From NCBI GenBank assembly GCA_965222435.1, contig OZ244950.1, positions 1,185,915 through 1,249,914 of the forward strand: a stretch of DNA of 64,000 nt, in the 5' to 3' direction. Position numbers and translations under genes: made by a program. Of the stretch, positions 12,236-22,058 are shown one piece after another. The notes beneath the pieces are model-generated. The model was not told the DNA's origin. It made no database searches and worked only from the letters and a program-made list of their open reading frames with translations. How positions within the stretch are numbered: position 1 is the first letter of the stretch; each line of letters begins with the position of its first letter. The stretch comes from Candidatus Poribacteria bacterium (GTDB lineage: Bacteria; Poribacteria; WGA-4E; PCPOR2b).

Positions 12236-13318
12236 GTGAAATACCAACTTAAAACCATCACACCCGTCCATATCGGCACGGGCGAAACATTGAGCCAAAT
12301 TGACGGGTTCTACGACAACGGACGATGGCATCGTATTGACCTGGATGCTGTCCTAGCGGCGGTCCCTGAATCTGAGCTAAATCGCCTCACCATTGCCATG
12401 GGGCAGCGCAACTTTCAATGGGGTAGATACCTTCCAACGAATCAACCATCAGCGTCTTATACCCTCCCGTGCCCCGAAGATCCACGGGAAACCGAAATCC
12501 GCGAGGCGATTAAAAACCCGTTCAGTCGTCCGATGATTCCCGGCAGCAGCATCAAAGGCGCGATTCGCACCGCTCTCCTATGGGACCTTATTGGTGATAA
12601 CAATCGAGAAGCCCAAAACGAGCTACGACGAAGATCGAATCGAAGTCGGGCAGGACAAGGGATTGAGCAGCGTGCGCTTGGAAAAAATCCGAACCATGAC
12701 CTGATGCGAACCGTGCAGGTCAGCGACACCGCACCAATCCCAATCGAAGCCTTGGAAATGGGCGTGGCGTGGACCGTCACACTCAATCGAAATGATCGGC
12801 TCGTCCAGAAACGGGAAGGCGGTCGTGAGTACAAGAATTTTGTCGAACAGATTTGTGCCAAGCAGTCGTCCGACTTCTCAATTAAGATTGACAAATCCCT
12901 CTTCCGGCCGCGTGAAAAACGCGAACTCAGTTTCAGTGAGCAGCAGGAAAAGGTAATCTGTGACGATCTTGCTGCCGCGTGCAATTGGACATCAATAGGT
13001 CTTGCCGAGGTTGAAGCGGGTTTCTTCGATGCGTACCGCCTAGATGAAATTGCCGATTTTTACGATACGCTTGTGCAACGTATTGAGAATCTGGCGGAGG
13101 GCGCATTCGTTCTGCCAATCGGTTGGGGAACAGGATATCGCGCAAAAACGGTCACCGAACTGTTGACCCAAGACGACAATGATTTGATGAGGCAAGTGCG
13201 GCAGTACTACAATCTAGGCAAAAAGGGCCATCCTAAATTTCCGAAGACCCGTCGGGTTCTATATGATCGGCAGAGACCAAAATCCCCGCTCGGTTGGGTG
13301 CAAATCACACCCTCCTGA
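12236..13318 (+). CDS. csm5: Csm5 (Cas7-like RAMP)
   Basis: GTG start, IPGSSIKGAIRTAL motif, 360 aa, last gene of the csm module. Confidence 0.8.
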   Translation: MKYQLKTITPVHIGTGETLSQIDGFYDNGRWHRIDLDAVLAAVPESELNRLTIAMGQRNFQWGRYLPTNQPSASYTLPCPEDPRETEIREAIKNPFSRPMIPGSSIKGAIRTALLWDLIGDNNREAQNELRRRSNRSRAGQGIEQRALGKNPNHDLMRTVQVSDTAPIPIEALEMGVAWTVTLNRNDRLVQKREGGREYKNFVEQICAKQSSDFSIKIDKSLFRPREKRELSFSEQQEKVICDDLAAACNWTSIGLAEVEAGFFDAYRLDEIADFYDTLVQRIENLAEGAFVLPIGWGTGYRAKTVTELLTQDDNDLMRQVRQYYNLGKKGHPKFPKTRRVLYDRQRPKSPLGWVQITPS

Positions 13319-13413
13319 AAGGTTAATCAGGTTCGTAGTAGCGCAATTCATTGCGCGTTCATGCAAACTCTATCCTCCTGAAAAATTGATTTACACTACA
13401 TGGAGATAAACCC

Positions 13414-14178
13414 ATGCGAATCAAAATTACGTGCGACATCGGCGAAGGTATCCGCCTGCCGATTAACTACAACTACTTTCTCACAGGGGTTATCTATCAA
13501 TTCCTCAAAGAATCCGACCCCGAATATGCACATTTCCTCCACCAAGATGGCTATGAACAGGAGAATCGGCGTTTCAAACTGTTTACCTTTTCTCAACTAA
13601 TGGCAAAACGACGGGTCCGAGGCGACCAGATTCACTTCCGTTCACCGCTGACATGGTATGTCTCCTCATCTCAGCGGCTGTTTTTAGAAAATTTCGCCGC
13701 CGCGCTGATGGGGGCCGGAATCCTACAGATTGAACGTCATAGGCTTCGGGTGCAGGATGTGGAGGTGTTACGTCAACCCCGCTTTGGACCGCAGATGACC
13801 TTTCGGTGTCTCTCACCGATTACCATGTCCACTAAACGTGAGCGAGATGGCCAACTCGGCACACACTACTGCCTCCCCGATGACCCCCAGTTCTCCGAGT
13901 TGGTTCGGCAGAACCTGATTCGGAAATACGAAGCGGTCTACCGACAGCCGCCGGATGAAAAATCGTTTGCGATGACCTTCGATCAGGCGTACATTGACAA
14001 AAAGGGGGGACGTGTAACGCGCTTGGTTGATTTCAAAGGGACCAAAATTCGTGGTGTCTTCTCTCCCTTTCACGTCATTGGCGCACCAGAGTTAATCCAC
14101 ATCGGCTATGAGTGCGGCTTGGGGGATAAAAGTAGCATGGGATTTGGGATGGTGGAGGTGGCAAGGAAGAAAATATAA
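13414..14178 (+). CDS. cas6: Cas6 crRNA endoribonuclease (the only cas6 in the locus)
   Basis: N-terminus LPINYNYFLTGVIYQFL and C-terminal G-rich loop GLGDKSSMGFGMVE. Confidence 0.85.
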   Translation: MRIKITCDIGEGIRLPINYNYFLTGVIYQFLKESDPEYAHFLHQDGYEQENRRFKLFTFSQLMAKRRVRGDQIHFRSPLTWYVSSSQRLFLENFAAALMGAGILQIERHRLRVQDVEVLRQPRFGPQMTFRCLSPITMSTKRERDGQLGTHYCLPDDPQFSELVRQNLIRKYEAVYRQPPDEKSFAMTFDQAYIDKKGGRVTRLVDFKGTKIRGVFSPFHVIGAPELIHIGYECGLGDKSSMGFGMVEVARKKI

Positions 14179-14185
14179 AACTACG

Positions 14186-14214
14186 TTGACTTAACATTTG
14201 TAGGGTGATATACT
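14186..14214 (+). promoter_or_regulatory. Candidate internal promoter for the type I-B module
   Basis: TTGACT, 17 nt, TATACT, with a TGn extended -10; located between cas6 and cas8b. Confidence 0.4.
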
Positions 14215-14240
14215 TTTGATTCTGTTTTCGCGGAAGGAGG

Positions 14241-15629
14241 ATGAAGATGGCAATCTATGAAAAACTGATGGGCAACCCGTTTGTTGATGCGGGTGTCAGT
14301 GCGATTTGTGAGTGGCTGGAACAGGGGACACAGCCGGAGGAGATCACAACTGAAGGTTTGGAAATAATGATAAATCATTTTGCTCCGATTTATTGTACAA
14401 CTGCGTGGAGTAAGAACCTCTACTCAATTTTTCCAAACAGTCCTGTGACCTATGCTACACGTGGCAACAGGGATATCGTCGCAGAACTTGTCTCTAAATG
14501 GTCGAACTGGCGCGAGAAAATTGTGCCGATGAGTCAAGTGGGCGACTGCCTTGGATGTGGTCGTCGAGTGACAATGGAGAAGTTGCTTACGAAAACTGAT
14601 GTTCCCTTAACTGGTTCCGGCAGCCTACGAAATTTCTTTCCGTTGTTTAGCGATGGGCAAGGATATTGTGCCGCTTGTGCCTTGGCGGTCCAATTTGTGC
14701 CGCTTTCCTTGGTTTCCAGTGGCGGTAAATTCCTTATGTTGCATGCTGACACTTGGCGGGTTCAAAGGAAGTGGGCACAGATTTGCGTGTCTGATATTCA
14801 AAACCGGGCCGCACGGAATGAAGTTACCGGCTGTTTTAGCCCGGGATACATTAACCCCCGTAACGGTCTATTCTACATGACGAGCCAACTGATTGACTAT
14901 GAAGAACGTCGAGCGACCGAAGATATCACAATGCAAATTTTCTATTTCTCCAACTACAACCAAGGTCCAGAACTTGAAATCTTCCATCTGCCTGCGCCGG
15001 TCTTCCGCTTCCTGCGCTACGCTTATCAGAACGAGTTTCGCCGAGCATGGCAACAGATTGTCCGAAGTGGATATCAGCGAGTCAAATGGGACAAAGTTGA
15101 ATCGGAGGAGGATTACAAAAATAAAATTAATCTCGTTTACGAATTTTTGTTGGAAGGTCGATCTATCCTCGGATTTTTTATCAATAGACCTGCTCGGAAG
15201 GCACGCAGCAACTGGGAATTCCTTTCCCTTTACCTAAAGGAGGTTCGCAACATGGATGAATCAAGGCTTAACGCCATAAAGCAAGTTGGCGACTTCATCG
15301 CCGAAAGCATTCGCAAATCTGAACGTGACCGACGGCTCCGACAACTGGAATCCGCTGGGAGTTACGGCGAATGCCGAAACATTCTGCGATTCGTGATTCG
15401 CGATCGGATTCAGCAGGGCGAAGATGCGCCGCTCTTTTCGCTGGATGATTACGTTGCACATCTGTTTCCAGAATCATCGAATCAGACGACATTTTGGCGG
15501 GAAACCCGTGACCTGCTCGTTTTTCGGATTTACGAAACACTTCACGATTGGTTAGTTACAAACGGTTTCGCCGATGATATGGATGACGAGACCGAGCAAT
15601 CTACTAATGGATTACAGGAGGACAATTAA
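14241..15629 (+). CDS. cas8b: Cas8b/Cst1 large subunit (CXXC_CXXC type) of type I-B (Tneap)
   Basis: N-terminus NPFVDAGVSAI, CLGCGRR...YCAACA Cys pairs, followed by cst2/cas5t/cas3. Confidence 0.7.
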   Translation: MKMAIYEKLMGNPFVDAGVSAICEWLEQGTQPEEITTEGLEIMINHFAPIYCTTAWSKNLYSIFPNSPVTYATRGNRDIVAELVSKWSNWREKIVPMSQVGDCLGCGRRVTMEKLLTKTDVPLTGSGSLRNFFPLFSDGQGYCAACALAVQFVPLSLVSSGGKFLMLHADTWRVQRKWAQICVSDIQNRAARNEVTGCFSPGYINPRNGLFYMTSQLIDYEERRATEDITMQIFYFSNYNQGPELEIFHLPAPVFRFLRYAYQNEFRRAWQQIVRSGYQRVKWDKVESEEDYKNKINLVYEFLLEGRSILGFFINRPARKARSNWEFLSLYLKEVRNMDESRLNAIKQVGDFIAESIRKSERDRRLRQLESAGSYGECRNILRFVIRDRIQQGEDAPLFSLDDYVAHLFPESSNQTTFWRETRDLLVFRIYETLHDWLVTNGFADDMDDETEQSTNGLQEDN

Positions 15630-15631
15630 TC

Positions 15632-16621
15632 ATGTCAAGACATGTTATAGGCTTGGTCCTAATTGATGCACCGCATTCTGCGCTCAATAATGCAGGCACT
15701 GAAGCATCGCAAGCGACGGAAAACATCGTGGTCGTCAAAACACTACGCAAAGGGAATCAGATTTATCCATACGTTTCGGGGCAGGCGTGGCGAAATTGGT
15801 GGCGGACGACGTTAGGCGAAGAATTTAATTGGGAGCTGTCGCCAATTGAACGTGAGAAGAAAATCGCCTTTACCGCTGCTGACCCTGCCGTCTATGATGA
15901 CGATGACGTTTTTGGCTACATGCGAGCGGTGAAGAAAGAGACGTTGACTCGACTCTCGCCGTTAAAAACCTCACCACTGATTTCGATTGAGCCGCAGCGT
16001 CCCACGGACGACTTTGGTGTGATGGCACGACACGAAGGCGATCCCGTCCCCTACGAACATCAGTTTTACTCATGTGCCCTTAAGGGTATCTTTTCTCTTG
16101 ACCTTGATGCTGTGGGTGCTTTCTGGAACGTCAATAAGACGGGATACAAAAACATCACCGATACACACATCCCAACCATTCAACTTGCTGGAGGCGAACA
16201 GGCGGACGAAAAATCTCCGTGGATTCTGCCACCAGACACCCGCCGCCGGCGTTGCCGCCAAACGATTGAGGCACTCCCACTCCTCAGCGGCGGTGCGAAA
16301 TTGACCTCACACCTGACCGACGTAACACCGAAGTTAATTATTCTATCTGTTCTCAACGGTGGGAATCATCCCTTCATGAACGTGATGGTTGAACGTGACG
16401 GGCAAGGAGAACTAAACATTCCAGCCCTGCGACAAGTTATAGCCGATTATAAGAATCGTTTCCTTGATTCAATTTATATTGGTCGTCGCGCAGGGTTTAT
16501 GGATGAATTAGATGAATCGTTGCGCGAGTTGGCAGAAGATGGATCCGTGATATATGATTCGCCCAATCAGGTCGTTACACAACTGGTGGATGGGCTCTCG
16601 AACTACTTCGGAGGGGAGTGA
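15632..16621 (+). CDS. cas7: Cas7 (Cst2/DevR family)
   Basis: N-terminus IDAPHSALNNAG is typical of Cst2/DevR; 329 aa. Confidence 0.85.
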   Translation: MSRHVIGLVLIDAPHSALNNAGTEASQATENIVVVKTLRKGNQIYPYVSGQAWRNWWRTTLGEEFNWELSPIEREKKIAFTAADPAVYDDDDVFGYMRAVKKETLTRLSPLKTSPLISIEPQRPTDDFGVMARHEGDPVPYEHQFYSCALKGIFSLDLDAVGAFWNVNKTGYKNITDTHIPTIQLAGGEQADEKSPWILPPDTRRRRCRQTIEALPLLSGGAKLTSHLTDVTPKLIILSVLNGGNHPFMNVMVERDGQGELNIPALRQVIADYKNRFLDSIYIGRRAGFMDELDESLRELAEDGSVIYDSPNQVVTQLVDGLSNYFGGE

Positions 16622-17253
16622 TGCAAGTCCTTCGCGTTCATATCAACGGTTGGGTGGCATCTTTTCGGAATCCGTTATTCATTAGTGGATTCCAACCCAC
16701 GCTCGCCATGCCGCCACTTTCAACCCTCTACGGCTTACTATCCGCTGCGCGGGGCGATTGGGTAACACCTGACGATGCAGCGGTTGGATTTATCTTTCAA
16801 AGCCAAGGTAAAGCGGTAGACTTGGAAACGGTGTACGAGTTTGATCAGACACGGTTCAGGGCGAAACCGAACGTCTGCAAACGCGAATTCCTTGTTTCAC
16901 CTGAGCTTTATCTCTACACGCCGGCGATATGGTTGAAACCTCATCTCGAGCTTCCTCATTATCCACTATTATTGGGACGTTCAACAGAATTAGCAACGGT
17001 TGTGTCAATTTCGGAGGTTGAGTTGGAAGATGTGTCCGAAACCACGTATCGCGATACCCTCCTGCCATTTCCGAATGAACAGATTTACGGTCAGATACAG
17101 GCGTTGCCAACGTATTTTACATCGGAACGTCCCCGTCGTCCGCAAGGCATCCGTCCATTTTACATGCTGACGGAGCAAATTCCGTATAATGGCCCTGCGT
17201 TACAAGACACGGACATGGGCTGGGGTGTGTATTTGCACGGAAATTCGAGATAA
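16618..17253 (+). CDS. cas5: Cas5 (Cas5t)
   Basis: SFRNPLFISGFQPTLAMPPLSTLYGLLSAARG; 4-nt overlap with cas7. Confidence 0.8.
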   Translation: MMQVLRVHINGWVASFRNPLFISGFQPTLAMPPLSTLYGLLSAARGDWVTPDDAAVGFIFQSQGKAVDLETVYEFDQTRFRAKPNVCKREFLVSPELYLYTPAIWLKPHLELPHYPLLLGRSTELATVVSISEVELEDVSETTYRDTLLPFPNEQIYGQIQALPTYFTSERPRRPQGIRPFYMLTEQIPYNGPALQDTDMGWGVYLHGNSR

Positions 17254-17256
17254 ATT

Positions 17257-19485
17257 ATGACAGAACTACTCGCTAAAAGCGATCCACCTGAAACGTTGAT
17301 TGAACATACCGAAAACTGCCTCTCGGTCTATTCTAGTATGCGGGAAACGATGCCGTTTCTCGCAGAGATTTCCGGTAAGCGGGATTTCTTTGACCATCTT
17401 TTTTATACGGTTGCCCTTCACGATTTCGGCAAGGCTGCAACCGGATTTCAGGCACAACTCCGATCGGCTGCCGAACGGTGGGGCTTTCGTCACGAAATTT
17501 TATCGGCAGGATTTGTGGTTGGGTTGGATCTACCACCCACAGACAAGCAAGCCATCGGCTTGGCGATTCTAACTCATCATAAAGATATTCGGACACTGAG
17601 AGCGCAATATCCTTGCTTTCCGCCCCAGCAGCCGGGTTATGAAAAATGGAAAGCGGGACTGGCGGAATTAGAACCGAATTGGGATGCCTTGATGCGGATT
17701 CAAGAACAGATCAGTCACTGGTATCCGGGTGATAATTGTCGCTTTACTTCCCTGTGCTCGGTTGATGGGTTCATTAATGGGGATCGGGATTTCCTTGTGC
17801 CATATCTTAACGATTTTGAGGACGGTGAATTGACGGTGTTGCATGGGCGTTACGGTATGTTGTTGCGCGGTTGTATGATTGCTTGTGACCATCTGGCATC
17901 GGCGGGGAAAACCAAGATTTACCGCGCTCTTGATGATTTAGGGGAACATCTTCGCAGGCAAATTGAGCAAAGGGGACGGACGTTTCGAGGTTGGGATCCG
18001 TTTCAAGACGCTGCCGCGAAAACGTCTGGACATCTAATGCTCTCCGCGCCAACTGGTTCTGGCAAGACGGAAGCAGCTATGCTCTGGTCAGACGCAAATG
18101 AAAGTGAATCCCATGGACGGCGCGTGTTTTATGTTTTGCCCTACACCGCCAGCATCAACGCGATGTACGACCGTCTGCTCAATCTCGTTTCCGAAGACCG
18201 CATCGGATTGTTGCACGGCAAGGCGAACTACTTTCTCTATCGCTCAATGGTGGATAGGGAGTACACACCGAGCAAAGCGAGAATCGAAGCCCGGGAAACC
18301 CAAAATCTGACGCGAAAAATTTATAGACCCTACAAAGTGCTGACACCGTTTCAACTGCTCAAAGCCTTTTTCGGTATGCGCGGTTTCGAGATGCAATTTG
18401 CGGAGATGGCGGGTGGTTTGTTTATCTTCGACGAAATCCACGCCTATGACCCGCATACAACCGCACTAATTTTGACGATGGTTGAGAGACTCCGTCGAGA
18501 TTACGGTTCGCAATTCTGCATTATGACCGCGACGATGCCGAGATTCCTCAAAGAGATGTTTGTAACTGCTATCGGCGAAATTACTGAAGTTGAGATGTCT
18601 TCTGAGAAACGGGATCAATTCACTCGCCACCGCGTCCGACTGTTTGACGGCGGAATCCTCAACGCAATTCCAGAGATTACCAAGCGGTTGGAAGGTGGGC
18701 AACGGGTATTGGTAGTCTGTAACACAGTCAAACAAGCGCAGACGGTCTTTGAGCAATTACAGCCGGTTGCTACCAATCCGCAACTGATCCACAGCCGTTT
18801 TATCCTCCGAGACCGTGAACGCATCGAAAAAGAGTTGACCGGTGCTGACTTACTTGTTGGAACACAAGCCGTTGAGGTCTCGCTCGACATTGACTTTGAT
18901 GTGCTATTTTCCGAACCTGCCCCCATTGATGCGCTGATACAGCGATTCGGACGGGTAAATCGCACGGGAAAAAAAGGTATCTGTGACGTATGTATCTGCC
19001 ACGAAGGTGGGGAAAACGATAAATACATCTATTCTATTGATCGGGTGAATCGGACGCTTGATGCGTTTGCTGAAATTGATATCTTGTACGAATCGAAGAT
19101 TCAGTACCTCATTGACACAGTCTACGGTGACGGTTACAACACAAAGGAACAGGAGACATTCGATAATGCTAGAGGACTCTTCAGTCAATATCTACGAAAC
19201 GTCGTGCCGTTCATCGAAGATTCATCAGGGCGCGAGGAATTTACCGGACTCTTCAAAAGCGTGGAGGTTGTCCCTTCGGATTATGAGGACAAATTTCTGA
19301 GACATATCGAAGCAAAAGAATTTTACGACGCAATGGCCTATGTCACCTCGATTTCTGAACAACAATTCGCGCGGCTCCACAAGGAGGGACAATTATACAA
19401 GCAGGAGGGACAATGGTTCGTGCGTGTTCGCTACGATTCTGAGCATGGGCTGGCACTTGATGAGTTGGCGGGGAATCTGTTGTGA
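17257..19485 (+). CDS. cas3: Cas3 HD nuclease-helicase
   Basis: HD motif (LHDFGKA), Walker A SAPTGSGKTEAA, DEAH-like FDEIHAYD. Confidence 0.9.
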   Translation: MTELLAKSDPPETLIEHTENCLSVYSSMRETMPFLAEISGKRDFFDHLFYTVALHDFGKAATGFQAQLRSAAERWGFRHEILSAGFVVGLDLPPTDKQAIGLAILTHHKDIRTLRAQYPCFPPQQPGYEKWKAGLAELEPNWDALMRIQEQISHWYPGDNCRFTSLCSVDGFINGDRDFLVPYLNDFEDGELTVLHGRYGMLLRGCMIACDHLASAGKTKIYRALDDLGEHLRRQIEQRGRTFRGWDPFQDAAAKTSGHLMLSAPTGSGKTEAAMLWSDANESESHGRRVFYVLPYTASINAMYDRLLNLVSEDRIGLLHGKANYFLYRSMVDREYTPSKARIEARETQNLTRKIYRPYKVLTPFQLLKAFFGMRGFEMQFAEMAGGLFIFDEIHAYDPHTTALILTMVERLRRDYGSQFCIMTATMPRFLKEMFVTAIGEITEVEMSSEKRDQFTRHRVRLFDGGILNAIPEITKRLEGGQRVLVVCNTVKQAQTVFEQLQPVATNPQLIHSRFILRDRERIEKELTGADLLVGTQAVEVSLDIDFDVLFSEPAPIDALIQRFGRVNRTGKKGICDVCICHEGGENDKYIYSIDRVNRTLDAFAEIDILYESKIQYLIDTVYGDGYNTKEQETFDNARGLFSQYLRNVVPFIEDSSGREEFTGLFKSVEVVPSDYEDKFLRHIEAKEFYDAMAYVTSISEQQFARLHKEGQLYKQEGQWFVRVRYDSEHGLALDELAGNLL

Positions 19486-19595
19486 TTAGACATTATCTTC
19501 CTCCGACTGTAATAGGGGTTGGGTCACCTAACCCCCACGAACTGAATGCGTAAGCCCTAACTGTATTCAAATTAAACCGAATGAGAGGAGAATTT

Positions 19596-20111
19596 ATGCA
19601 AACCGAAGATCTCACTACAATCCGTGTTACCGGCACAACAATCAACTACCTCTACGTCTGCCCACGAGAGCTCTGGTTCTTTCAGAACCATATTGAAATG
19701 GAACACACCTCAGACCTCGTTTCCATGGGTAGACTCCTACACGAGGAGAGTTACAGCCGTGAAAAACGGAAGGAACGCCCGATCGATGACCGCAGCCTCA
19801 TCGACTTCATTGACAAAGACGGCATCCTGCACGATGTGAAGTCAAGTCCGTCAATGCAGAAGGCGCACAAAATGCAAATGCTTTACTATCTCTATCTGCT
19901 CAAACAGAAGGGTGTGCCGAATCGGAAAGGGGTTATCAACTACCCGCGCCAACGGCGAACCGTCGAGGTCGAATTGACTCCGGAGAAGGAGCGCGAAGTT
20001 GAAGAGGCGATTCAGGAGGTCAAAAGAATTTCTAACCTGCCAACGCCTCCAGATGTAGCCTTTATGAAAGTCTGTAAATCGTGCAGCTATATGGAATTGT
20101 GTTGGAGCTAA
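19596..20111 (+). CDS. cas4: Cas4 RecB-like exonuclease
   Basis: N-terminal Cys (YVCPRELWF) and the C-terminal CKSCSYMELC cluster. The start was moved to the ATG after the RBS GAGGAG (the track start is 19581). Confidence 0.85.
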   Translation: MQTEDLTTIRVTGTTINYLYVCPRELWFFQNHIEMEHTSDLVSMGRLLHEESYSREKRKERPIDDRSLIDFIDKDGILHDVKSSPSMQKAHKMQMLYYLYLLKQKGVPNRKGVINYPRQRRTVEVELTPEKEREVEEAIQEVKRISNLPTPPDVAFMKVCKSCSYMELCWS

Positions 20112-20211
20112 AAATTACTACCCTGATAGGGAAGATTATCAGAAACCGAGTTTTTTCCCTGGTCTCGGAACGGACTTGAAAACTCGGTTTCTCTATCCTT
20201 ACGATCTTCAG

Positions 20212-20268
20212 TTTGTAGTAGCGCAATTCATTGCGCGTCGGACGGGCGATAAATCGCCCTACTACAAA
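20212..20268. repeat. REPIN-like doublet: GTAGTA + GCGCAATtcATTGCGC ... GGGCGATaaATCGCCC + TACTAC
   Basis: Read directly. A single-hairpin copy is at 13335-13356. Confidence 0.75.
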
Positions 20269-20409
20269 CCTATTCATCGGGCGTTGAGGAGTGTGTTCTC
20301 CGGCGATGAATCGCCGAACTACAAGTTGCTTTGAATTCCGATCTCTGCATCCGGGGCTTCGAGCGTCCAACTGGGTACGTTTTATAGAAAATAAAGGAGG
20401 AAAACAACG

Positions 20410-21405
20410 ATGTCTCGCAACTACTACATCAGCCAGTCGGGTAGATTGCGCCGAAAGGATAACACCATCTATCTCGAAAAAGAGGACGGTTCGCGTGTAC
20501 CGATTCCGATCGAGGATGTAGACGCCTTCTATCTCTATGGTGAACTGGACCTGAACACACGGCTTCTCAACTTCATGGCGCAGAAGCATATACCGATTCA
20601 CGTTTTCAACTACTACGGTTACTATTCTGGCACCTACTATCCGCGAGAATATCTCAATTCTGGCTTCCTCACGGTCAAGCAAGTCCAGCACTATGAACGG
20701 AAATCGAGACGTCTGCCGATTGCCCGCGAATTTGTTTCAGCGGCGGTGGCGAATATCCTGCGAAACCTGCGTTACCGTGCGAATCGTGACACCGATTGTT
20801 CCGAGCAGCTGAGCATCATTGAGTCAATTGAAGCCGAGATTTCGCGCGCGCAGAGCGTTGACGAACTGATGGGGTATGAGGGAAATATCCGCGAAACCTA
20901 CTATCGCGCCTTCAACGCCATTATCAACCTACAGACCCCTTTTGAGAAGCGGGTCCGCCAACCGCCCGATAACCCCATCAACGCCGCAATTTCGTTCGGC
21001 AATTCGCTGATGTATACCGCCTGCCTGACGGAGATCTATCGAACACAACTGAACCCAACAATCAGCTTCCTGCATGAACCGGGGCAACGTCGATTCTCTC
21101 TGAGCCTCGATCTGGCGGAAATCTTCAAACCGATTATTGTTGATCGAGTGATTTTCCGGCTGTTCAATCGGGGACAACTCAAAGAGTCGAAGCACTTTGA
21201 AACCGAGATGGAGGGCTGCTATCTGAACGAGAGTGGGAGACAACTGTTTCTCCAAGCGTTTGATGAGCAACTCAAGCAGACAATCGATCATCGAAAGTTG
21301 AAGCGAAAAGTGTCCTACCAACGCTTGATCCGCCTTGAATGCTACAAGTTGATTAAGCATTTGACAGGCATGGAAACCTATCAAGCATTTCGGGCGTGGT
21401 GGTAA
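20410..21405 (+). CDS. cas1: Cas1 integrase
   Basis: 331 aa; typical N-terminus YYISQSGRLRRKDNT and conserved acidic/His region; sits between cas4 and cas2. Confidence 0.9.
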   Translation: MSRNYYISQSGRLRRKDNTIYLEKEDGSRVPIPIEDVDAFYLYGELDLNTRLLNFMAQKHIPIHVFNYYGYYSGTYYPREYLNSGFLTVKQVQHYERKSRRLPIAREFVSAAVANILRNLRYRANRDTDCSEQLSIIESIEAEISRAQSVDELMGYEGNIRETYYRAFNAIINLQTPFEKRVRQPPDNPINAAISFGNSLMYTACLTEIYRTQLNPTISFLHEPGQRRFSLSLDLAEIFKPIIVDRVIFRLFNRGQLKESKHFETEMEGCYLNESGRQLFLQAFDEQLKQTIDHRKLKRKVSYQRLIRLECYKLIKHLTGMETYQAFRAWW

Positions 21406-21429
21406 AACAGAGAAAGGTGTAATTCTTTC

Positions 21430-21500
21430 GTAGGGGCGGGGTTTCCCCGCCCATTGGCCACGGCGATGAAACCGTAGGTCGGGCCTTCTAGCCCGACCTA
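21430..21500. repeat. Two GTAGG-type REP hairpins in the cas1-cas2 gap
   Basis: GTAGGGGCGGGGTTTCCCCGCCC and GTAGGTCGGGCcttctaGCCCGACCTA; related to modules of the 310-bp composite repeat. Confidence 0.75.
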
Positions 21501-21541
21501 AAACCCGTGTTTATCTAATGGTCAAACAGGAGGAAATTATA

Positions 21542-21805
21542 ATGTACGTTATTATCGTTTACGATATTGATGTGAAACGGGTCGCAAAAGTCTGCAAATA
21601 TCTACGTCAACACCTCAATTGGGTCCAAAACTCTGTCTTTGAAGGTGGGTTGACAAAGGCTCAATTGGCACGAGTCAAATCAGGGCTTTTGACAATCATT
21701 GACGAAGGTGAGGATTCTGTACTCATTTACCAAATGCGCCATGAGAAATGGATGGACAAACAGGTCATGGGCATCGAAAAAAATCCGGTGACGAACCTCT
21801 TATGA
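21542..21805 (+). CDS. cas2: Cas2
   Basis: MYVIIVYDI... start after the RBS AGGAGG (the track start 21518 is rejected); 87 aa. Confidence 0.85.
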   Translation: MYVIIVYDIDVKRVAKVCKYLRQHLNWVQNSVFEGGLTKAQLARVKSGLLTIIDEGEDSVLIYQMRHEKWMDKQVMGIEKNPVTNLL

Positions 21806-22008
21806 CAGGGCACGACAAGAAGTTGAAGCGTTTTCCCATAGATGCTGAGTCGTCAACCTCGATTTCTGGGGCATTTTCTTAATCCATAGGGCGGTCTTTT
21901 TGCCTCACTATTATGGATTTGAAGCGTAACCACGCTATCTCGTCAACCCCCCGTCAATTTTGCACAACCGGACGTTGACGATTTTTAAGCCTAACAACAG
22001 TTTTCTCC

Positions 22009-22037
22009 TTGTAGATATAGTGCGGGTTTGATATAAT
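22009..22037 (+). promoter_or_regulatory. CRISPR leader promoter
   Basis: TTGTAG, 17 nt (with TGn), TATAAT. It ends about 20 nt upstream of repeat 1. The leader spans 21806-22058. Confidence 0.45.
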
Positions 22038-22058
22038 ATTCTTCGTCGATTTTTCGGA

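Noticed and set aside
20062-20691. 209-aa minus-strand ORF spanning the cas4-cas1 gap.
   Set aside because: It is antisense to cas4 and cas1 and runs through repeat hairpins. It has no RBS and no family resemblance.
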